From: Azolla caroliniana
Taxonomy: Eukaryota; Plantae; Polypodiophyta
DNA: 64,000 bases
NCBI GenBank assembly: GCA_043228905.1
Contig: JBHGNT010000003.1
Span: 23,064,001 to 23,128,000, forward strand
Reading direction: 5' to 3'
Part shown: in pieces, positions 62,749 to 64,000 of the stretch
Layout: every line of letters starts with the position of its first letter
How positions within the stretch are numbered: the stretch's first letter is position 1
Program-made: the position numbers and the translations under genes
The notes under the pieces: model-generated
What the model was told of the DNA's origin: nothing
Database searches by the model: none
The model's input: the letters and a program-made list of their open reading frames with translations, nothing else

Positions 62749-63162
62749 TGTTTCTGGATCGAATAATGAATGATATAAATGAAAACAACGTAAACTAATC
62801 AATCGGATTAGCTGTGATTCGCTTTGACACTTCCTTAATCAATCCTGGCATCGATGTGGAGGACTAATGGAATAACTAGAGTATGGCATTAATTTGTTAT
62901 AATAAATTGTGACTGATGAGCTATATATAATTAGTGAAGGATCAAAGCCATTAGAATGTGGTTCAAACCCCCCTAGTTTTCGACATCTATACATTTGTTC
63001 AAATTACATTAGGCTTAAAGAAGACCACTTCACGTTTTAAACAAAGTTACCCCAAAGTAGAAAGTAAATAAAAATATTAATTATATGGACCCGGGACCCC
63101 TATAACATTATCGAAACATGCTTTCTTTCCTTTGCACATTTATCGCCATTGTTAGACTTAAC
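62749..63162 (+). repeat. Segmental duplication block C' (copy of 47805-48210)
   Basis: tgtttctggatcgaataatgaatg... is colinear. Confidence 0.85.
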
Positions 63163-63164
63163 CT

Positions 63165-64000
63165 TTATAACCATGATGCATCTCATGAGGGCAATTTCCA
63201 ATTGATGTCAGGGTTGTCCGCTTGTGAGAAATTAAAGGGAGAGAAAAGAAAGAGAGAGAGAGAGGGGGGGGGGGAGCACAAAATTGTGTAGTATTGTTTT
63301 GTTTCTTATCGGTTACACCACGTTGAGGTACATTTATTTCCCCCCAACAATAAACTCTAATAATATGTCAACGTAAAATGTTTGTATATTATAATTATTC
63401 TAACACCCCCCCTTCTTGTAAAACATTTTAGTTCTTGGCCTTTGTAGGTAGAGGCCAATTTTATTGCTATAGTTCCAATGCTTTTGATATGACATCGGCT
63501 TAGTTAAAAAATCCGCCCACATTGTTGTTGTTGAGGTGTATAATATAGTAGCATTTCTTTAGATTCCACCAATTCTCTAATAAAGTGATGTCTTGCTCGG
63601 ATTTGCTTGTTTTGATAAGTGATCTTAGGATTTGTTGATAACTTAATACATGATTGCTTGTCACAAAATATCTTCATTTCCATAACTTTAAAGATATCAA
63701 GTTCTTCAATTATGGTATTGATCTACAATCCTTCTTTCGCCATTAGAGCAGCTGCTACATACAATTTCAATGGTTGAAAGTGCTACAGATACTTGTTGTT
63801 GCTTTTCCAAGAGATTGCGGCACCAGCAAATATAAAAACCATGCATAATGTCGAGCAGGAGATAACAGGATCCCCCCCCCCCCCCCCCCCCAATCCGAAT
63901 CCATCCAACCAACTAGAGAAGTATTGATCCATCCAGTAGGTTGTGATGAATTCTTGGGTTGGAAACTTCGATATGTAAGACCCATATCCTTGGTATATTT
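63165..64000 (-). mobile_element. 3' end of a Copia element (RNaseH, PPT 63406-63413, 3' LTR to ~63165)
   Basis: Minus strand reads KQQQVSVALSTIE and MWADFLTKPM, similar to the element at 57252. Confidence 0.8.

Overview
This is AT-rich, transposon-saturated land-plant DNA. The TE lineages and gene families suggest a fern or another seed-free plant, which is an inference. The host content is a decaying tandem cluster on the minus strand. It has three copies of a BLE2-like transmembrane/ARM-repeat gene: one long ORF cut by a LINE and two pseudogenes. These are followed by three copies of a TORNADO1-like Roc-COR (ROCO) gene: one near-complete and two 5' fragments. The cluster lies partly within an ~11.8-kb tandem segmental duplication. 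Nested TEs include Ty1/Copia elements (one full-length, TSD GAGCT), Ty3/Gypsy elements (one full-length Tcn1-like chromovirus), several solo LTRs, an RTEX-like LINE family and two copies of a Sola/DUF7869-like DDE transposase. The most striking signal is that seven LTR copies from several LTR families carry an antisense tRNA-type Pol III promoter in U3. Its A and B boxes are 31-33 bp apart and the spacers are divergent. The chromovirus LTRs also show Tf1-like self-priming with compensatory changes. Everything was read by eye and no searches were run.
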